A model generated the notes under the pieces. It saw only the letters and a list, made by a program, of their open reading frames with translations. It did not search any database and was not told the origin of the DNA. The position numbers and the translations under genes are program-made. DNA of 64,000 bases from Bdellovibrionales bacterium (GTDB taxonomy: Bacteria > Bdellovibrionota > Bdellovibrionia > Bdellovibrionales > UBA1609). The DNA lies in NCBI GenBank assembly GCA_041739415.1, contig JBGSNU010000025.1, positions 130,187 to 194,186 of the forward strand, given 5' to 3'. The stretch's first letter is position 1; each line of letters begins with the position of its first letter. Positions 61,046 through 64,000 of the stretch are shown piece after piece.

Positions 61046-62752
61046 TCAATACGAGAGTCTCACTAGCTCTTTGACTTGCGCTACTACAACGCCAGTGACC
61101 TTGCCGGCGGAGTCAAACTTGAACTCCACACGCTCATTATTAAAGAGCAGATCTAGGACCTTTTCCAAGCGGAACACGCCGCTGTCAATATCTTCAGGGT
61201 AAAGTTTGAACTTCACTTTTTCATTCAATATAAAAAAGAGCGCGTAGGAGTTGTCTGGCAGTTGCTCTACAACAAAGGTTTTAACAGGCCCTGCAATTGA
61301 GTTATCTGCAAAATATCTCCCAGCGAACACCTCCAATTGCTCTTTGGTCACCTCTTGACCAATAGACTGTTGGAAATGAACCTTGGCCAGGCTTCCGCGG
61401 ATCTTTATAGCAACATCATCCAACAGAGCCTGCGCCTTATGGTCCATTTGCAAACTTTCGAGGTTTTGGACCTTGGCTACAATTGCGTCCCACATCATAA
61501 AAGCGGGGCTATCTGCAGAAGTGTTGGCCAAAATGACAACGCCGATCCCCTTGGCTGGATTGACAAGGAGAATTGTTTCAAATGCGTAACCAAAACCCGT
61601 GTGTCCAACCCAAAGGTTGTCTGACAGGTCCGTGTCCGCCGGCCGAAAACGCCAGAAAAAGCCATTTGCCATAATCCGAGACGGGGTCATCAGAGAGTTC
61701 TCGTCAGGTGGAGTGAGAATCAATTTTGCGGTTTCGGGAGAATGAAATATTTTATTTGAGCCCCGCGAGGAGTCGAGAACGGAGAGTAAAAGCTGTCGGC
61801 CAAATTTGGCTAAATCCACCGACGTGGTCGCCGCTCCGATCGAACCATCGTAACCACCTACATCGTATACATCCGGAATCAAAAGCGGGTCGCCATGCAA
61901 CTGTCGTGTGCCAAATCCAGTAACTAAGTGGGGATGCTGGGATGTGGAAAAGTTGTAGGCTGAATGGTTCATGCCCATCGGTCTGAAAACATTAAGCCTT
62001 ACATACTCAGGAAAGCTGAGTTTTTGTGGATTTAGGTCCTCTACGATACGAGCTAACAAATTCATCCCCAAATTGGAATACTTGATCGCTCCTTCGGTTG
62101 CTCCGGGCTCATAAATGAATTCAACCTTCAACAACCCAGGATTGAGCAACTCGGCGGATGGATAGGAGTGGTGATTGAGAGCCGAACTGTTCCAAAAAAC
62201 TCGTGCATCAGGAAGGTCCTTCGAAATTCCAGCCTGATGTTGGATCAGGTGTTTGACTTTGATCTTGCGCCACTTTTGCAATCGCTCCGGTGTTTCGCTA
62301 GCAAGTAAGAAATCAACAAACCGCACTCCCCTCAACTCCAAAATCGAAGCATCGAGGCCGAGTAAACCCTTCTCCAAAAGGTCAACAACTGCAGTTGTGG
62401 TGAAAAGCTTTGAGATGGAATCGATTCGAAATTGACTTTTGTCTGCTGTAATCGGCAGATTTGACAATAGGCTTTCACGTCCAAATGCGAACGAGCGCTG
62501 TGCCCCCGTCGAATCGAAGATTGTAACACTCACCCCAGACGCGTTCCCGGTTTCAAAAATTTTGGTTAATTCAGCCTTGATGTCGGCTAACGGAAGGCGA
62601 TCCAACGACGAGGCGCTCTGATTTGGGACCGCAGTCGACCTGAATAGCATTCCAACAGCCTGTCCTGAATCGGCTTGGCTCGATGTCGAAAGAGTAAAAG
62701 GCATAAACATAGAAAAGATGATCAATAAAAAAATCTGTGCGCGAGTTTTCAT
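61046..62752 (-). CDS. secreted class-C beta-lactamase-family serine hydrolase (AmpC/EstB/PBP-like) with extra C-terminal domain
   Basis: Signal peptide comes from internal ATG 62752 (MKTRAQIFLLIIFSMFMPFTLSTSSQA). Motifs are SxxK (DSISKLFT), YxN (KYSNLG) and HTG (VGHTGFG). About 170 extra C-terminal residues. Confidence 0.75.
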   Translation of the reverse strand: MKTRAQIFLLIIFSMFMPFTLSTSSQADSGQAVGMLFRSTAVPNQSASSLDRLPLADIKAELTKIFETGNASGVSVTIFDSTGAQRSFAFGRESLLSNLPITADKSQFRIDSISKLFTTTAVVDLLEKGLLGLDASILELRGVRFVDFLLASETPERLQKWRKIKVKHLIQHQAGISKDLPDARVFWNSSALNHHSYPSAELLNPGLLKVEFIYEPGATEGAIKYSNLGMNLLARIVEDLNPQKLSFPEYVRLNVFRPMGMNHSAYNFSTSQHPHLVTGFGTRQLHGDPLLIPDVYDVGGYDGSIGAATTSVDLAKFGRQLLLSVLDSSRGSNKIFHSPETAKLILTPPDENSLMTPSRIMANGFFWRFRPADTDLSDNLWVGHTGFGYAFETILLVNPAKGIGVVILANTSADSPAFMMWDAIVAKVQNLESLQMDHKAQALLDDVAIKIRGSLAKVHFQQSIGQEVTKEQLEVFAGRYFADNSIAGPVKTFVVEQLPDNSYALFFILNEKVKFKLYPEDIDSGVFRLEKVLDLLFNNERVEFKFDSAGKVTGVVVAQVKELVRLSY

Positions 62753-62966
62753 TTTCCGTTGTTCCCCATTATTGCTTTGTTCGAGCGGTCCGATAGCCAA
62801 ATCCCCCAAGGGGTAGATATGCTTAGAGGCTGTTCATGTCAATTAATAGGCTTCGATGCCCTTTGCAGAGGCGATTATCTCCTGACCAAGACTGGTTTGT
62901 TGTGCCTAGCTCTTTTCTGGTCGCACGAATAAGTACGGCGATCTCATTTCGTTCTTTCTATGAGCC

Positions 62967-63287
62967 TCAATCAGCCTTTTTTAGCTTTTCGAGATCTTTG
63001 GGCGTGAGTCGGTATTCTCGCCCAACCTTCTTAGGCTTAATGATGCCGTCCTCTATGCGACGCTGTAGTGTGCGCTCGGAGATACCAAGCATTGCGGCGG
63101 CGGCTTGCAAATTGAACCAGGGGTTGTCCATTTGTGATACGTCCACAATTTGGATCTCAGTCACGGAACCGTCTTTCGCATAGCCAACAAAGACGTTCGG
63201 CGCGATCTCCACGTCCCGAACCACTCCAGCGCCAGGCTTTATAACAAACGCTATGGCGTCGGCTTTCTTGTCATAAGAGAAGTTCAT
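62967..63287 (-). CDS. DUF2283-like domain fused to excisionase/MerR-type helix-turn-helix
   Basis: The N-terminal MNFSYDKKADAIAFVI...GYAKDGSVTEIQIVDVS follows the DUF2283 pattern. The C-terminal WFNLQAAAAMLGISERTLQRRIEDGIIKPKKVGREYRL follows the HTH_17/excisionase pattern. Confidence 0.6.
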   Translation of the reverse strand: MNFSYDKKADAIAFVIKPGAGVVRDVEIAPNVFVGYAKDGSVTEIQIVDVSQMDNPWFNLQAAAAMLGISERTLQRRIEDGIIKPKKVGREYRLTPKDLEKLKKAD

Positions 63288-63371
63288 TGTGGCCTCCAGT
63301 TAATCAATACCGTTTTAATTACAAGGTTCCTGAGATACTAGAAGAGGGGCATTTCGATCACGCTGGCCCAA

Positions 63372-64000
63372 TCAGTTGCCGGGGGCATTCTTCAAAGTGG
63401 GGTACGCGCCTATGTTCTCCTGCCAAACGTTAGTGAAGTCCCAAGTGGAAAATAGCGGGTTGGATTTATCGATCAAGTAGCCATGCGTGCGTGCGGTGCC
63501 GATCACATTGCACACGCCACCGCCGAATAAATTGGTGCAAGTTGCCGTGTCTAAATAGCTGTTGTTTGTAGCATTGTTGGATCCTATGACAGGGCCTACA
63601 CCGGTAGCGCTCGAGTTTCCTGTGACGTTGCCGGTGGAGAAATTGTTGTTTATCACGTTATAGTACTGCTCGCCGACTAGGCCGCCGGTATTGCCGCCGG
63701 TGCCTGTGATGTTGCCGGTGATATTGCCAGTAGCGTATGATCTGTTGATTGTAAGGCCATATCCAGTTAGGCCACCGACCGAGGTTGCGCCTGTTACCGA
63801 TCCAGTCGAATAACTGTCGTTGATTGTGCCACTCCAGCCGACGAGTCCCCCGCATCGATTATTGGTGCAAACGACATTTACGCTTGAACTGGCTCGATCG
63901 ACGCGACCAGTTTGAGCTCCAATAACTCCGCCGGTGTGTGCAAGGGTGACAAGCGCCCCGCCTGAGACTCTAAGGTCTGCAATTTCTGTAGATCTGCTTG
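63372..64000 (-). CDS. GLUG-motif repeat surface protein, partial (N-terminus beyond the right edge)
   Basis: My reverse-strand translation stays open from base 64000 through the track ORF 63372-63656. It shows repeated units ...GGLVGW..INDSYSTGSVTG..VGGLTGY..INRSYATGNITG..GGLVGE..NNFSTGNVTG. The listed 63658-63855 ORF is in the wrong frame. Confidence 0.65.
   Translation of the reverse strand, partial: SRSTEIADLRVSGGALVTLAHTGGVIGAQTGRVDRASSSVNVVCTNNRCGGLVGWSGTINDSYSTGSVTGATSVGGLTGYGLTINRSYATGNITGNITGTGGNTGGLVGEQYYNVINNNFSTGNVTGNSSATGVGPVIGSNNATNNSYLDTATCTNLFGGGVCNVIGTARTHGYLIDKSNPLFSTWDFTNVWQENIGAYPTLKNAPGN

Noticed and set aside
63658-63855. Listed minus-strand ORF of 65 aa (Arg/His/Trp-rich).
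   Set aside because: It is in the wrong frame relative to the continuous GLUG-repeat reading frame, which stays open from 64000 to 63372.
1-64000. CRISPR arrays, rRNA genes, insertion sequences or integrases anywhere in the window.
   Set aside because: Reading both strands, I saw no regularly spaced direct repeats, rRNA-like sequence, transposase or integrase motifs, or terminal inverted repeats.

Overview
This is a mostly core chromosomal window from a motile Gram-negative bacterium. The array of short flagellin paralogs, Lys/Ala/Pro-rich protein tails and overall gene content suggest a Bdellovibrio-like (Bdellovibrionota) lineage; that is inference only. Left to right: a partial membrane protein, meaB, a secreted protein, and a patatin-like phospholipase with a beta-rich C-terminus. 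Next come an AT-rich BrnT/BrnA toxin-antitoxin insert and two small envelope proteins. A flagellar filament locus spans about 7.3-20.4 kb. It holds four ~275-aa flagellin genes with sigma28-type promoters, interrupted by a multi-pass TPR membrane protein (TMTC/PMT-like). hrpB and a GIDE-like membrane protein follow, then flaG-fliD-fliS. A tightly coupled same-strand block follows at 20.5-28.1 kb: a TPR protein, a stand-alone Maf-N-like protein and two unusually long GT9 glycosyltransferases with a small ORF between them. It ends with a histidine kinase, a CheY-like regulator and a degenerate PilZ-like protein. I consider this block the best candidate for an undescribed flagellin-modification and motility-control system. 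The rest is housekeeping. It includes rsmD-coaD-aminotransferase, ssb, pal-DUF4398-cpoB, tsaD-rsmA-smpB, rluB and motAB. It also includes an exonuclease, a long lspA, dacB, a lytic transglycosylase, hpt, tdk, bcp, a CBS protein and kef. A dcw cluster (rsmH-ftsL-ftsI-murE-murF-mraY-murD) lacks mraZ and stops abruptly after murD. At that break there is a 25-nt tRNA 3'-end-like fragment. It is followed by an apparently AT-richer patch holding an AmpC-like serine hydrolase, a DUF2283-HTH fusion and a partial GLUG-repeat surface protein. No rRNA genes, complete tRNA genes, CRISPR arrays or transposases were seen. All functional calls rest on motif recognition by eye; no database search was run.
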